Origin: an uncultured Pelagibacteraceae bacterium
GTDB taxonomy: Bacteria > Pseudomonadota > Alphaproteobacteria > Pelagibacterales > Pelagibacteraceae
Assembly (NCBI GenBank): GCA_902550615.1
Contig: CACDAB010000005.1
Location: 1,560-65,559 of the forward strand
Reading direction: 5' to 3'
Length of the DNA: 64,000 nt
Both the position numbers and the translations under genes were made by a program. The notes below the pieces were generated by a model. The model did not search any database and had not been told where the DNA came from. It saw nothing but the letters and a program-made list of their open reading frames with translations. Of this stretch, positions 29,640 to 39,602 are shown piece by piece. How positions within the stretch are numbered: the first letter of the stretch is position 1; every line of letters begins with the position of its first letter.

Positions 29640-31403
29640 TTAATTGAATTTAAAATTCATAATATTGGAGCTTCCAGAAATTGCTGATTTGTAATGTTGT
29701 TCAGCTCTTGGTAGAACTTTATCAAAATAAAACCTAGCGGTATCGATTTTGTCATCATAAAAATTTTTATTTTCATTATAATCTTTAAAGCTTACCTCTA
29801 GTACTTTTATCCATGCGTAAGCAATCGAAACAAATCCGAGAGTTTTAAGATAATCATTAGCAGCAGCACTTACATCATCTTTATCTGTTTTAGATTTCTC
29901 AATCATCCAATCACTAAATTTTTTTAATACATCTAAATAATTATTAAAATCTGAGATGAATGGTCTTATTTTTTCGTTGTTAGAATTACATTCATTTTTA
30001 ACCTGATCTAAAAATTTATAAATTACATTCCCATTCTTATTTGATAATTTTCTAAAAACTAGATCAGCAGCTTGTACAGAATTCGTGCCCTCGTAAATTG
30101 GTGTGATTCTATTATCTCGATACAACTGCTCTATTCCTTGATCTTTAGTATAACCATATCCACCATAAATTTGCATTGCATCACTAGTGATTTCCATTGC
30201 TAAATCTGTAAACAAGGATTTAACTACTGGAGTCATTAACGAGACATAATCAGATGCCTCCTGCCGAGCTTTTTCATCTGGATGATATAGGCTTACCTCA
30301 GTTTGTTGAGATAACCAAAAACATAAGGCTCTCTCGCCCTCAATAATAGATTTCATATTTAACAACGATCTTCTAATATCTGCATGCTCAATTATAAAAT
30401 CAGCACCATTTTTAGATTTTGAATTATTCGACTTACCTTGCTTTCTCTCTTTTGCGTATGAAAGTGAATTTTGATAAGCAATCTCTGATATACCCAAACC
30501 CTGTATCCCAACAACGATCCTCTCAAGATTCATCATCGTAAACATTGCACTCAAACCTTTTTCCTTATCACCAATCATGTAACCAGTTGCTTCATCAAAA
30601 TTAAGAACACAAGTTGCTGATCCTTTAATTCCCATTTTTGTTTCGATAGAACCAGTTGATATTCCATTTCTTGGACCAACATTCCCATCTTCTTTTACAA
30701 TAAACTTTGGAACTAAAAACAGACTGATACCTTTCGTGCCAGCCGGAGAGTCATCCACTCTTGCTAGAACCAAATGAATAATATTTTCAGTTAAATCGTG
30801 ATCACCAGAGGTAATAAAAATTTTCTGTCCAGTTAATTTGAATGTACCATCAGATTGTTTTTTAGCCTTTGTTTTTAGTAGCCCTAAATCAGTACCACAT
30901 ACTGGCTCAGTTAAGCACATTGTTCCACTCCACTTACCCTCTACAATTTTTGGTAAATATTTATTTTTTATTTCATCACTAGCATGATGGTTAATACAAT
31001 TATAAGCACCAATACTAAGTTCGCTATAGAGTTTAAAAGAAAGGCTAGCAGAAGATAGCATTTCATCAAAAAATGCGCTCACTGTTTTTGGCATACCTTG
31101 ACCCCCATATTTTGGATCACATGATAAAGATGTCCAACCATCCTCAATATATTTTTTATAAGCCTCTTTGTAACCCGGAGGCGTTCTAACAACTCCATTT
31201 TCTAAAATTGCAGGATTTTCATCTCCAACTTTAGCTAATGGTAAAATTAAATTTTGATTTATCTTTGCTGCTTCCTGTAGAATATCTTTTACTAAATCTG
31301 GGGTAACTTCTTTATATTTTTCCAATTCATTATACTCTTTGTTGTTTCTTAGTTTTTCAAAAAGAAACATCATATCTTCAACGGGTGCAGTATAAGTTGG
31401 CAT
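29640..31403 (-). CDS. dmdC: long-form acyl-CoA dehydrogenase, likely MMPA-CoA dehydrogenase DmdC
   Basis: 587-aa ACAD fold (GTMCLTEPVCGTDL, IYEGTNSVQA) with N- and C-terminal extensions. It abuts the dmdB start with no spacer. Confidence 0.75.
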   Translation of the reverse strand: MPTYTAPVEDMMFLFEKLRNNKEYNELEKYKEVTPDLVKDILQEAAKINQNLILPLAKVGDENPAILENGVVRTPPGYKEAYKKYIEDGWTSLSCDPKYGGQGMPKTVSAFFDEMLSSASLSFKLYSELSIGAYNCINHHASDEIKNKYLPKIVEGKWSGTMCLTEPVCGTDLGLLKTKAKKQSDGTFKLTGQKIFITSGDHDLTENIIHLVLARVDDSPAGTKGISLFLVPKFIVKEDGNVGPRNGISTGSIETKMGIKGSATCVLNFDEATGYMIGDKEKGLSAMFTMMNLERIVVGIQGLGISEIAYQNSLSYAKERKQGKSNNSKSKNGADFIIEHADIRRSLLNMKSIIEGERALCFWLSQQTEVSLYHPDEKARQEASDYVSLMTPVVKSLFTDLAMEITSDAMQIYGGYGYTKDQGIEQLYRDNRITPIYEGTNSVQAADLVFRKLSNKNGNVIYKFLDQVKNECNSNNEKIRPFISDFNNYLDVLKKFSDWMIEKSKTDKDDVSAAANDYLKTLGFVSIAYAWIKVLEVSFKDYNENKNFYDDKIDTARFYFDKVLPRAEQHYKSAISGSSNIMNFKFN

Positions 31404-31429
31404 AATTTGATTCTAAAATAATTAATTAA

Positions 31430-32536
31430 TTATTGCAATTTTGAAATGATCGCATCACCCATTTGCGATGTAGTCACCTCTTTTGTACCTTTTGATAAAA
31501 TATCTTTAGTTCTTAAACCATCATTTAATACATCCTGTACAGCTTTTTCCAGAGCTTCTGCCTCTTTATCTAAATCTAATGAATATCTCAAAGCCATAGC
31601 AAAACTTAAAATTGTAGCTATTGGATTAGCAATACTTTTACCAGCTATATCTGGAGCCGAACCATGAATAGGTTCATACATAGCCCTCATCTCTCCATCT
31701 TTATTTTTTGCACCTAAAGATGCAGAAGGTAAAAGACCTAATGATCCAGTCAACATTGAGGCTTGGTCAGATAACATATCTCCAAACAAATTATCTGTTA
31801 CAATTACATCAAATTGCTTTGGATTTCTCAACAACTGCATAGCACAATTGTCTGCAAGCATATGACTTAGTTCAACGTCTTTAAATTCTTTATCGTGTAA
31901 TGTCTGAACCTCTTCTTTCCAAAGTTGGCCTGCCTCCATAACATTTGATTTTTCACAAGAAGTTACTTTGTTTGATCTTTTTTTTGCTAAATCAAAGGCA
32001 ACTCTAGCAACTCTTATAATCTCATTGCTTGTGTAAGTGTGAGTATTAATCCCTTTTCTTTCCCCGTTTTCTATTGGTTTAATTCCTCTAGGCTCACCAA
32101 AATATATTCCTCCAGTTAACTCTCTTACAATCATAATATCTAAACCTGAAACAATTTCAGGTTTTAATGTTGAGGCATCAACTAATTGTTTAAAACATAT
32201 CGCTGGTCTCAAATTAGCAAATAGTTTTAATTCTTTTCTTAGTTTTAAAAGTGCTCTCTCAGGTTTTTTGGAAAACTCAACATTATCCCACTTTGGTCCA
32301 CCTACAGCGCCCAACATAACAACTGCACTTTCTAATGCTTTATAGAAAACCTCATCTGTAATCGGTGTACCATGCTTATCGTAAGAACATCCTCCCGCTA
32401 AATCCTCATCCATCTCAAAATCTAGAGACTTTTTATCATTGAACCAACTGATAATTTTTTTTACCTCACCAATAACTTCGGGACCAATACCATCTCCGGG
32501 AAGTAATAGTATCTTTCTCTTTTTTACCTTAATCAC
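31430..32536 (-). CDS. leuB: 3-isopropylmalate dehydrogenase
   Basis: [30 protein letters not shown]. Confidence 0.95.
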   Translation of the reverse strand: MIKVKKRKILLLPGDGIGPEVIGEVKKIISWFNDKKSLDFEMDEDLAGGCSYDKHGTPITDEVFYKALESAVVMLGAVGGPKWDNVEFSKKPERALLKLRKELKLFANLRPAICFKQLVDASTLKPEIVSGLDIMIVRELTGGIYFGEPRGIKPIENGERKGINTHTYTSNEIIRVARVAFDLAKKRSNKVTSCEKSNVMEAGQLWKEEVQTLHDKEFKDVELSHMLADNCAMQLLRNPKQFDVIVTDNLFGDMLSDQASMLTGSLGLLPSASLGAKNKDGEMRAMYEPIHGSAPDIAGKSIANPIATILSFAMALRYSLDLDKEAEALEKAVQDVLNDGLRTKDILSKGTKEVTTSQMGDAIISKLQ

Positions 32537-33134
32537 TTATAATCCATGGCTTAGAGCTTTTTAATTTTTGCTCAAAACTTTTTATCTTGTCAGACTTATT
32601 TAAAGATAGCGCAATGTCATCTAAACCTTCGAGAAGACATTTCTTTTTAAAGGAGTCTATTTTAAATTTAATTTCATTATTACCATAAACTATTTTTTCC
32701 TCTTTAAGGTCTACTGAAATTTCTTCTTTTCTATTAGCATATTCAGACAACTCTTTTATTTTTTCCTCATCAACAATAATTGGTAAAATTCCATTTTTAA
32801 AACAATTGCTATAAAAAATATCAGCAAAACTGGAGCTAATTACACATGTGATACCAAAATCTAATAATGCCCAAGGAGCGTGTTCTCTTGAGGATCCACA
32901 ACCAAAGTTTTTTCCTGCTATCAGAATTTTTGAATTTGTAAATGGATCTTTATTTAATATAAAATCCCCTATTTTATTTCCATTATCATCATACCTCATT
33001 TCAAAAAACAAATTTTTTCCAAGTCCAGTTCTTTTAATTGTTTTTAAAAACTGCTTTGGGATAATCATATCAGTGTCGATATTTACTATTGGTAAATATG
33101 CTGGAATACTTTTTAATGTAGAGAATTTTTGCAT
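32529..33134 (-). CDS. leuD: 3-isopropylmalate dehydratase small subunit
   Basis: [17 protein letters not shown]; positioned between leuC and leuB. Confidence 0.93.
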   Translation of the reverse strand: MQKFSTLKSIPAYLPIVNIDTDMIIPKQFLKTIKRTGLGKNLFFEMRYDDNGNKIGDFILNKDPFTNSKILIAGKNFGCGSSREHAPWALLDFGITCVISSSFADIFYSNCFKNGILPIIVDEEKIKELSEYANRKEEISVDLKEEKIVYGNNEIKFKIDSFKKKCLLEGLDDIALSLNKSDKIKSFEQKLKSSKPWIISD

Positions 33135-34537
33135 TAATTTTGATACTTTCTTACATCATCCAAATTCCCAGAAATTGCTGCTGCAGCTGCCATTCCTGGG
33201 CTCACAAGGTGTGTTCTTCCACCTCTACCTTGTCTTCCCTCAAAGTTTCTGTTTGATGTAGATGCACATCTTTGCTCTGGTTTTAATTTATCAGCATTCA
33301 TTGCTAAACACATAGAACATCCTGGTTCTCTCCATTCAAAACCAGACTCTTCAAATATTTTATGTAAACCTTCTTGCTCTGCTTGTTCTTTCACTAGACC
33401 AGATCCTGGGACAACCATTGCATGCACATGAGAGGCAATTTTTTTATCTTTTAAAATCTTTGCTGCTTCTCGTAAATCCTCAATTCTTCCATTTGTACAA
33501 CTACCTATAAAAACCTTATCTATCTTAATATCTTTAGCAGCCATATCAGGTTTTAAACCCATATATTTTAGAGCTCTTTCAATAGAATTTTTTCTATCCT
33601 CATCCTTTTCATTGTCTGGGTTTGGTACTTTATCCTCAATAGTAATGACATCTTGAGGTGAAGTACCCCAAGTAATCATCGGTGAAATTTCATTAGCTTG
33701 AAGACTTATTTCTTTGTCAAAATTTGCACCATCATCAGATTTTAAACTTCTCCAGTACGCTAAAGCTTTATCCCATTTTTCACCTTTGGGTGACATAGGT
33801 TTTCCCTCCAAATACTTGAAAATTTTTTCGTCTGGTGCAATCAAACCTGCTCTTGCTCCACCCTCTATAGTCATGTTGCATATAGTCATTCTTTGCTCAA
33901 CACTTAATGATCTGATTAAATCACCAGCATACTCAATAACAGATCCTGTTCCACCTGCTGTTCCTATTTTTCCAATTATTTGTAAAATTACATCTTTTGA
34001 AGTAACACCTAACGGAAGTTTTCCATTAACATTAATTCTGAAATTTTTTGCTTTTTTTTGCACTAAAGTTTGCGTTGCTAGTACGTGTTCAACCTCTGAG
34101 GTGCCTATACCAAATGCTAAAGCACCAAACGCTCCATGTGTAGCTGTATGACTATCTCCACAAACTATAACTGTTCCAGGTTGAGTAAATCCTTGTTCAG
34201 GACCAATTATATGAACTATGCCTTGACGCTTATCCTCCATTCCAAAGAGTTGGATATCAAATTCCTTACAATTCTTTTCTAATGTATCAACTTGAATTTT
34301 AGATTCTTTATCTGAAATACCATTTGTTCTATCAGTAGTTGGGACGTTGTGATCTGCAACGGCCAATGTAAGCTTTGGGTGTCTTACTTTTCTTTTAGAA
34401 TTTCGTAAACCTTCAAATGCTTGTGGACTGGTCACTTCATGAACGAGATGCCTATCAACAAATAATAAAGCTGTTCCATCATCTTGCTGATCAACTAAGT
34501 GTTCTTTCCAAATTTTGTCGTAAAGAGTATTAGGCAT
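33134..34537 (-). CDS. leuC: 3-isopropylmalate dehydratase large subunit
   Basis: Aconitase-family Fe-S ligand motifs [22 protein letters not shown]. Confidence 0.96.
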   Translation of the reverse strand: MPNTLYDKIWKEHLVDQQDDGTALLFVDRHLVHEVTSPQAFEGLRNSKRKVRHPKLTLAVADHNVPTTDRTNGISDKESKIQVDTLEKNCKEFDIQLFGMEDKRQGIVHIIGPEQGFTQPGTVIVCGDSHTATHGAFGALAFGIGTSEVEHVLATQTLVQKKAKNFRINVNGKLPLGVTSKDVILQIIGKIGTAGGTGSVIEYAGDLIRSLSVEQRMTICNMTIEGGARAGLIAPDEKIFKYLEGKPMSPKGEKWDKALAYWRSLKSDDGANFDKEISLQANEISPMITWGTSPQDVITIEDKVPNPDNEKDEDRKNSIERALKYMGLKPDMAAKDIKIDKVFIGSCTNGRIEDLREAAKILKDKKIASHVHAMVVPGSGLVKEQAEQEGLHKIFEESGFEWREPGCSMCLAMNADKLKPEQRCASTSNRNFEGRQGRGGRTHLVSPGMAAAAAISGNLDDVRKYQN

Positions 34538-34548
34538 TGAAAAAAAAA

Positions 34549-35142
34549 TTATTTTTTTTCTGGAGAAGTTTCAAGTTTTTCTTCAGTTTTAGGTTTTGTT
34601 TCAATTTTGGCTGTTTCTTCTTTTTTTGGCTCTTCCTTAGGAGTTTCTTCTTTCTTAGCCTCTGCCTTAATTAAATCTTCTTTATTATCAGATGCTTCTG
34701 TTGAAACAGGAGCTAAATTTTCTTCAGTTACTGTTTCTGGTTTTACATCTATATCAATACCAATCTTCTTTCTTATTTTTTCGGCAATTCTAGCTGATTT
34801 ACCAGTTCTATCTCTTAAGTAATATAGTTTAGCTCTTCTAACTTTTCCTGAACGAATAACTTTAATTGAGTCAATTACTGTACCAAATAGTGGGAATGTT
34901 CTCTCAACACCTTCACCAAAAGAAATCTTTCTAACTGTAAAAGAAGAATTTAAATCTCTGCTTTTTTTGGCAATACATACTCCTTCAAAATACTGAATTC
35001 TTTCTTTTTTTCCCTCTGTAATTCTTACACCAACTTTTACAACATCACCTGGAAAGAATTCTGGAATCTTTTTTTCCGAAAGAATTTTTTTTACATTATG
35101 TTGATTTATTTCTTCAATCGTTTTCATTTCAATATTTATCAA
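34549..35142 (-). CDS. rplS: 50S ribosomal protein L19 with a ~70-aa Lys/Glu/Pro-rich C-terminal tail
   Basis: L19 core [32 protein letters not shown]...[12 protein letters not shown]. The tail reads [31 protein letters not shown]. The start may be the ATG 15 nt downstream. Confidence 0.9.
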   Translation of the reverse strand: MINIEMKTIEEINQHNVKKILSEKKIPEFFPGDVVKVGVRITEGKKERIQYFEGVCIAKKSRDLNSSFTVRKISFGEGVERTFPLFGTVIDSIKVIRSGKVRRAKLYYLRDRTGKSARIAEKIRKKIGIDIDVKPETVTEENLAPVSTEASDNKEDLIKAEAKKEETPKEEPKKEETAKIETKPKTEEKLETSPEKK

Positions 35143-35143
35143 G

Positions 35144-35830
35144 TTAATCCTTCTTATATTTTTGCCACAAATCTGGTCTTCGGACGCGTGTTATAGCCTC
35201 AGATTGAGATAAACGCCAGTCTTTAATTTTGCTATGATCCCCTGATAATAAGACATCTGGTACTGATTTTTCCTCCCAAATTTGAGGTTTTGTATATTGA
35301 GGATACTCTAAAAGACCATTTTCAAAAGTTTCCTCCGAAGATGATTTATCATTACCTAAAACTCCAGGCAAAAGTCTTAACACACTATCAAGAACTACAA
35401 GAGCAGCTGTTTCCCCTCCAGAAAGCACATAATCTCCTATGCTTATTTCCTCAATATTTCTTGTGGATAGTACTCTTTCATCAACACCTTCGAAATGTCC
35501 ACAAATTAAACTGAATGATTTTTCTTTTGATAAATCTTGTGCAAGTCTTTGATCAAATTTTTTTCCTTTTGGCGAAAGATAAAAAATTCTTTCCCCCTTC
35601 TGGATATTTTTATCAATTGATTTTGCTAGTATGTCTGCTTTTAACAGCATACCTGATCCACCACCATATGGAGTGTCATCAACAGTTTTGTGTTTATCTG
35701 TTGCTGCATCTCTTATGTCTACTACATTAAGACTCCATATCTTTTTAGCCATTGCTTTTCCATATAATCCTTTGTTTAACGGTCCAGGGAAAATTTCTGG
35801 ATAAAGTGTTAACACTTGTGTTTTTAACAT
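35144..35830 (-). CDS. trmD: tRNA (guanine37-N1)-methyltransferase
   Basis: [42 protein letters not shown]. Confidence 0.93.
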   Translation of the reverse strand: MLKTQVLTLYPEIFPGPLNKGLYGKAMAKKIWSLNVVDIRDAATDKHKTVDDTPYGGGSGMLLKADILAKSIDKNIQKGERIFYLSPKGKKFDQRLAQDLSKEKSFSLICGHFEGVDERVLSTRNIEEISIGDYVLSGGETAALVVLDSVLRLLPGVLGNDKSSSEETFENGLLEYPQYTKPQIWEEKSVPDVLLSGDHSKIKDWRLSQSEAITRVRRPDLWQKYKKD

Positions 35831-35844
35831 AAGTAAACCTTAAA

Positions 35845-36327
35845 TTACTTTTTTTCCTCTTTTGGAGCTTCCTCTTTTTTAGCTTCTGCTTTTGGAGCTT
35901 CTGCTTTTGGAGATTCCTCTTTTTTAGCTTCTGCTTTTGGAGCTTCTTCTTTTTTTGCTCCATCTGTCGGTGCTGCGTCTGGTTTTGCTGCCTCTTCCTT
36001 TTTAGCATCATCAGACCCCTCTTTTTTTCTATCTTTTTTTGGAATAGCTTTTTGAGGATTATTACCATTAGCAGGCATTGGCATTAACTCATTTTCACCT
36101 AAGATTCTTGCTACTCTTGTAGTTGGTTGTGCACCTTGGCCTAACCAATATTTAATTCTTTCAGCCTCTAATCCTATTCTCTCTTTTTTTTCTTTAGGTA
36201 ATAGAGGATTAAAAAAACCAACTTTTTCTATGAAACGTCCATCTCTTGCAAAACGACTATCAGCTACAACAACTTTGTAAACTGGTCTTTTCTTTGTTCC
36301 ACCTCTTGATAATCTAAGTTTTAACAT
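35845..36327 (-). CDS. rpsP: 30S ribosomal protein S16 with a ~75-aa Lys/Glu/Ala/Pro repeat tail
   Basis: S16 core [25 protein letters not shown]...GFFNP. The tail reads [36 protein letters not shown]. Confidence 0.9.
   Translation of the reverse strand: MLKLRLSRGGTKKRPVYKVVVADSRFARDGRFIEKVGFFNPLLPKEKKERIGLEAERIKYWLGQGAQPTTRVARILGENELMPMPANGNNPQKAIPKKDRKKEGSDDAKKEEAAKPDAAPTDGAKKEEAPKAEAKKEESPKAEAPKAEAKKEEAPKEEKK
35858..35950 (-). repeat. imperfect in-frame tandem repeats (15-nt and 45-nt periods) encoding the S16 tail
   Basis: The 27-mer cctcttttttagcttctgcttttggag occurs at 35871-35897 and again at 35916-35942. The shorter unit cttctgcttttggag is reiterated in between. Confidence 0.8.
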
Positions 36328-36340
36328 TTACTCTCCTTTT

Positions 36341-37699
36341 TTATTTTAATTGATTAAATAATTCTGGTGGTATTCCTTTGTCAGACATACCTTTCAGATT
36401 TCCTTTAGACATCTTTCTCATCATTTCAGACATCATTTTAAATTGTTTTAACAATTTATTGATAGTGGCTGGATCAGTTCCAGAACCATTAGCAATTCTT
36501 TTTTTTCTAGAACCATCGATTATTTTTGGGTTCTCTCTTTCTTTTTTTGTCATCGATAAAATTATAGCCTCGTTCTTAGTGATAACACTCTCGTCAATAC
36601 CAGCAGAATCCATTTGTGATTTAACTTTAGAAATACCTGGCATAAAAGACATAATTCCCTCTATTCCACCCATTTTTTTCATCTGTCTTAGTTGAGTTAA
36701 ATAATCTTGCATTGAAAATTGTCCCTTTTTTAAATTCTCTTCTGTCTTTTTAATATTTTCTTCACCTAAATCTTGTGCTGCTTTTTCAACTAGAGATACA
36801 ATATCTCCCATTCCAAGAATTCGGTTAGCAATTCTATCAGGATGAAACACCTCAAAATTTTCAATTTTTTCTCCTACCCCTAAAAACTTAATTGGAACCT
36901 CTGATACAAATTTCATACTTACCGCAGCCCCACCTCTGGCATCACCATCAGCTCTTGTTAAAATAATTCCTGATAAACCTACAGTATTTTTAAATTCTTT
37001 TGCAACTGATGCTGCTACTTGACCTGTTAAAGAATCTGCAACTAAAAAAGTTTCAGCGGGATTGATTATATTTTCAATCTGCTTTATTTCACTCATCATT
37101 TGAAGATCTATTTGTGTTCTGCCAGCTGTATCAAATAAGATAATGTCGGCACCATTTAAATTTGCAGCACTTATTGCTCTTTGACAAATATCTGCTGGTT
37201 GTTGACCCTCTATAATTGGTAAAGTTAAGATATCATTGTGCTCACCTAAAGATTTCAATTGTTCTTGTGCAGCTGGTCTATAAATATCTAAGCTGACCAT
37301 CATTACCTTCTTTTTCTTTGTATTTTCTAAATATCTTGCAAGTTTTGCAGTAGTGGTAGTTTTACCTGAACCTTGTAGACCAACTAACATCATTGGTACG
37401 GGAGGAACGGCGTTTAAATTTACATCAATGTTTTTTTCACCTAATAAATTAACTAATTCGTCATAAACGATTTTTACAACCATATCACCAGGAGATGTAG
37501 ATCTGATAATTTCTTGACCTAAAGCTTTAGGTTTAACTTTTTCAATAAAATCTTTTGCGACCTCAAGTGATACATCAGCCTCTAGTAAGGCTTGTCTAAT
37601 GGCTCTAAGGCCTTCATCAACTTGACTCTCATCAAGCGAAGGGGCTTTTTTTAGAGAGGAAAAAACTTCCTCAAATTTATTTGTTAAATTTTCAAACAT
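36341..37699 (-). CDS. ffh: signal recognition particle protein Ffh
   Basis: G-domain motifs GLQGSGKTTT, DTAGR, TRADGDARGG, and a Met-rich M domain. I place the start at ATG 37699 (MFENLTNKF) rather than the extended ORF start at 37726. Confidence 0.95.
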   Translation of the reverse strand: MFENLTNKFEEVFSSLKKAPSLDESQVDEGLRAIRQALLEADVSLEVAKDFIEKVKPKALGQEIIRSTSPGDMVVKIVYDELVNLLGEKNIDVNLNAVPPVPMMLVGLQGSGKTTTTAKLARYLENTKKKKVMMVSLDIYRPAAQEQLKSLGEHNDILTLPIIEGQQPADICQRAISAANLNGADIILFDTAGRTQIDLQMMSEIKQIENIINPAETFLVADSLTGQVAASVAKEFKNTVGLSGIILTRADGDARGGAAVSMKFVSEVPIKFLGVGEKIENFEVFHPDRIANRILGMGDIVSLVEKAAQDLGEENIKKTEENLKKGQFSMQDYLTQLRQMKKMGGIEGIMSFMPGISKVKSQMDSAGIDESVITKNEAIILSMTKKERENPKIIDGSRKKRIANGSGTDPATINKLLKQFKMMSEMMRKMSKGNLKGMSDKGIPPELFNQLK

Positions 37700-37713
37700 A
37701 TTTATTTCACACA

Positions 37714-37807
37714 GCAGTAATCGCACTAGTGGGCGAACCCTCGCTGACTAGTGTCGATCTCTTTGTTTCCAAAGACACCGCAAATTTAACGTTTTTGCGG
37801 AAACTGC
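37714..37807 (-). ncRNA. candidate structured RNA / ffh 5' leader element (three hairpins closed by a 5-bp helix)
   Basis: Closing helix: 37714-37718 pairs with 37803-37807. Hairpin 1: 37721-37757, with arms 37724-37730 and 37747-37753 plus 3 outer bp and a GGG/CCC tip. Hairpin 2: 37760-37775. Hairpin 3: 37778-37800, 7 bp. Read on the minus strand, the apical loops are UUCG and GAAA. My hand count gives about 48% G+C in a strongly AT-rich background. Confidence 0.45.
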
Positions 37808-37812
37808 CACAA

Positions 37813-37841
37813 ACTATAATAGAGGTTCAAAAAGTCAATAA
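37813..37841 (-). promoter_or_regulatory. possible sigma70-type promoter for the ffh leader
   Basis: On the minus strand: TTATTG (37841-37836), a 17-nt spacer, then TATAGT (37818-37813). The predicted start near 37806 coincides with the 5' end of the closing helix. Promoter-like hexamers are common in AT-rich DNA, so this is weak. Confidence 0.25.
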
Positions 37842-37860
37842 ATAAGTTAAATAACTATAT

Positions 37861-38685
37861 ATGGATATTAGGGCTTTTAAAATGGATGGATTAGGTAATG
37901 ATTTTGTAATAATTGATAATAGACAAAAGATTACCAATTTGACTAAAGATCAGATCATAAAAATTTGTGATAGAAATTTTATTGGCTGTGATCAATTAAT
38001 ATTTATTGAATCTAGCAAATCAAGTGATGCAAATTTAAAATTTTTTAATTCTGATGGAGGAGAGTCTGGTGCGTGTGGAAATGGTACTAGATGTGTTGCA
38101 AAATTAATCTCCGAGGAGACAAAATCTGAAAACATCATTTTGTCAACTTCAAATGGAAATTTAGAGTCAAAAATATTAGATAAAAACATTGTTACGACTG
38201 AAATTGGTAAAGCTAAATTACAATGGAACGAAATTCCTTTATCAGAAAAACTAGATACAAAAAATTTAAATATTAAGATTATTGACTCAAATAACAAAGA
38301 ACATTCAGGTGGGACGGCAGTTAATGTTGGAAATCCACATATTGTTTTTTTTGTAAACGAAATTGAAAATTTTAATATTGAAAAAATTGGACCCGAAATT
38401 GAAAATCATAAAATTTTTCCAGAAAAATGTAATGTTACAATTGCTACAATAATTAATAAAAATTTAATTAGAGTGAAGGTATGGGAAAGAGGAGCGGGGC
38501 TGACCAAAGCATGTGGAACAGCTGCATGTGCAACAGCATTTGCTGGTAAATTAAATGATCTTACTGAAAATAAAACAGACATAGAATTTCAAACAGGTAA
38601 ATTATCAATTCTTATAGATGATAAAAATTCAATCCACATGAAAGGACCCGTTTCAGAAATAAAAGAAATTGAGTTCAAACTATAA
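37861..38685 (+). CDS. dapF: diaminopimelate epimerase
   Basis: Two catalytic Cys motifs, ACGNGTRC and ACGTAACA, plus GNPHIVFF. Confidence 0.92.
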   Translation: MDIRAFKMDGLGNDFVIIDNRQKITNLTKDQIIKICDRNFIGCDQLIFIESSKSSDANLKFFNSDGGESGACGNGTRCVAKLISEETKSENIILSTSNGNLESKILDKNIVTTEIGKAKLQWNEIPLSEKLDTKNLNIKIIDSNNKEHSGGTAVNVGNPHIVFFVNEIENFNIEKIGPEIENHKIFPEKCNVTIATIINKNLIRVKVWERGAGLTKACGTAACATAFAGKLNDLTENKTDIEFQTGKLSILIDDKNSIHMKGPVSEIKEIEFKL

Positions 38686-39602
38686 TGGGAATTTTTGATA
38701 AATTTAAGATAGGCTTTAAAAAAAGTGCATCTGCACTGACATCTGGACTAAAAGAAATAATTATAAAAAAAGAAATTGACGATAAAAATTTAAATAAAAT
38801 TGAAGAATTTTTAATTGAGTCAGATGTAGGTGTCGAGGCTGCGTCTGAGATCAAGGAAATCATTTCAAGTAAAAAAATCGATCCAAATAAAGATTTATCA
38901 ACCGAGATAAATCTTATTTTAAAAGAATATATTATTAATATAATGAAACCTTTAGAGAATAATTCTTTTTTCGAAAAAAAAGATAAACTCAATGCAACAT
39001 TAATCTCAGGTGTGAATGGTGTTGGCAAAACAACAACTATTGGTAAAATAGGTAAAATTTTAAAAACTAACGGGAACAAAGTTATGTTTGCCGCTTCTGA
39101 TACTTTTCGAGCAGCAGCTATTGAACAATTAGAAAACTGGGCAAATAAAATTGACGTTAAAATAACTAAATCATCTCAAGGTTCTGATCCAGCATCAGTC
39201 GCATATAAAGCAGTTGAAGAAGCAATCAAAAATAATTTTCACCAAGTATTAATCGATACTGCTGGAAGACTACAAAATAAAAAAAATTTAATGGAGGAAT
39301 ATAAAAAGATAGCCAATGTAACAAAAAAAATTGACCAGGATGCCCCTCACAACATTATTTTAGTTTTAGACGCAACATCGGGACAGAATGTAATTAATCA
39401 AGTAGAAGAATTTAACAAAATTATTCCATTAACTGGTTTAATCATGACCAAATTAGATGGAACTGCCAAAGGCGGTATTCTATTGGCGATAGCAAAAAAA
39501 TATCAATTACCTATTATTGCTTTAGGCTTGGGTGAAAAAGAAGACGACTTACAATTATTTAATGCAGAAAAATTTGCTGAAGCTTTTACGCAGGTTAATT
39601 GA
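38685..39602 (+). CDS. ftsY: SRP receptor FtsY (short form, NG domain with a brief N-terminal amphipathic segment)
   Basis: GVNGVGKTTT, DTAGR, TKLDGTAKGG; shares 1 nt (38685) with the dapF stop codon. Confidence 0.93.
   Translation: MGIFDKFKIGFKKSASALTSGLKEIIIKKEIDDKNLNKIEEFLIESDVGVEAASEIKEIISSKKIDPNKDLSTEINLILKEYIINIMKPLENNSFFEKKDKLNATLISGVNGVGKTTTIGKIGKILKTNGNKVMFAASDTFRAAAIEQLENWANKIDVKITKSSQGSDPASVAYKAVEEAIKNNFHQVLIDTAGRLQNKKNLMEEYKKIANVTKKIDQDAPHNIILVLDATSGQNVINQVEEFNKIIPLTGLIMTKLDGTAKGGILLAIAKKYQLPIIALGLGEKEDDLQLFNAEKFAEAFTQVN

Noticed and set aside
32848-34151. 137-aa and 145-aa ORFs antisense to leuD and leuC
   Set aside because: These are shadow ORFs inside strongly conserved leuC/leuD coding sequence, with no motifs. 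The same reasoning applies to the other short opposite-strand ORFs in the track, such as 4610-4792, 5831-6097, 12547-12774, 19747-20115, 21210-21470, 28108-28652 and 47164-47594.
35745-36068. 107-aa Lys/Gln-rich ORF ([14 protein letters not shown]...) on the minus strand
   Set aside because: It is an alternative-frame shadow of the repeat region encoding the S16 tail and it also overlaps the trmD start. The rpsP frame has a clear S16 core, so this ORF is an artefact of low-complexity repeats.
37700-37726. 9-codon N-terminal extension of ffh (MRLLLCEIN)
   Set aside because: Ffh proteins begin MF(D/E)(N/S)L. The ATG at 37699 gives exactly that, and the extension would run into the structured leader.
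37714-37807. Could the structured element next to ffh be the SRP (4.5S) RNA gene or a long-arm tRNA such as tRNA-Sec?
   Set aside because: There is no GGAA/GNRA-capped domain IV with the conserved AGCA/CAGG symmetric loop. The fold is a three-hairpin junction, not one long hairpin. There is no T-loop GTTCRA, no 7-bp acceptor stem and no anticodon-arm geometry. I kept it only as an unclassified candidate RNA.
38675-39079. 134-aa ORF antisense to ftsY
   Set aside because: It lies entirely inside the well-supported ftsY CDS on the opposite strand. Its composition (F/I/L/S-rich) is typical of antisense frames in AT-rich genes.
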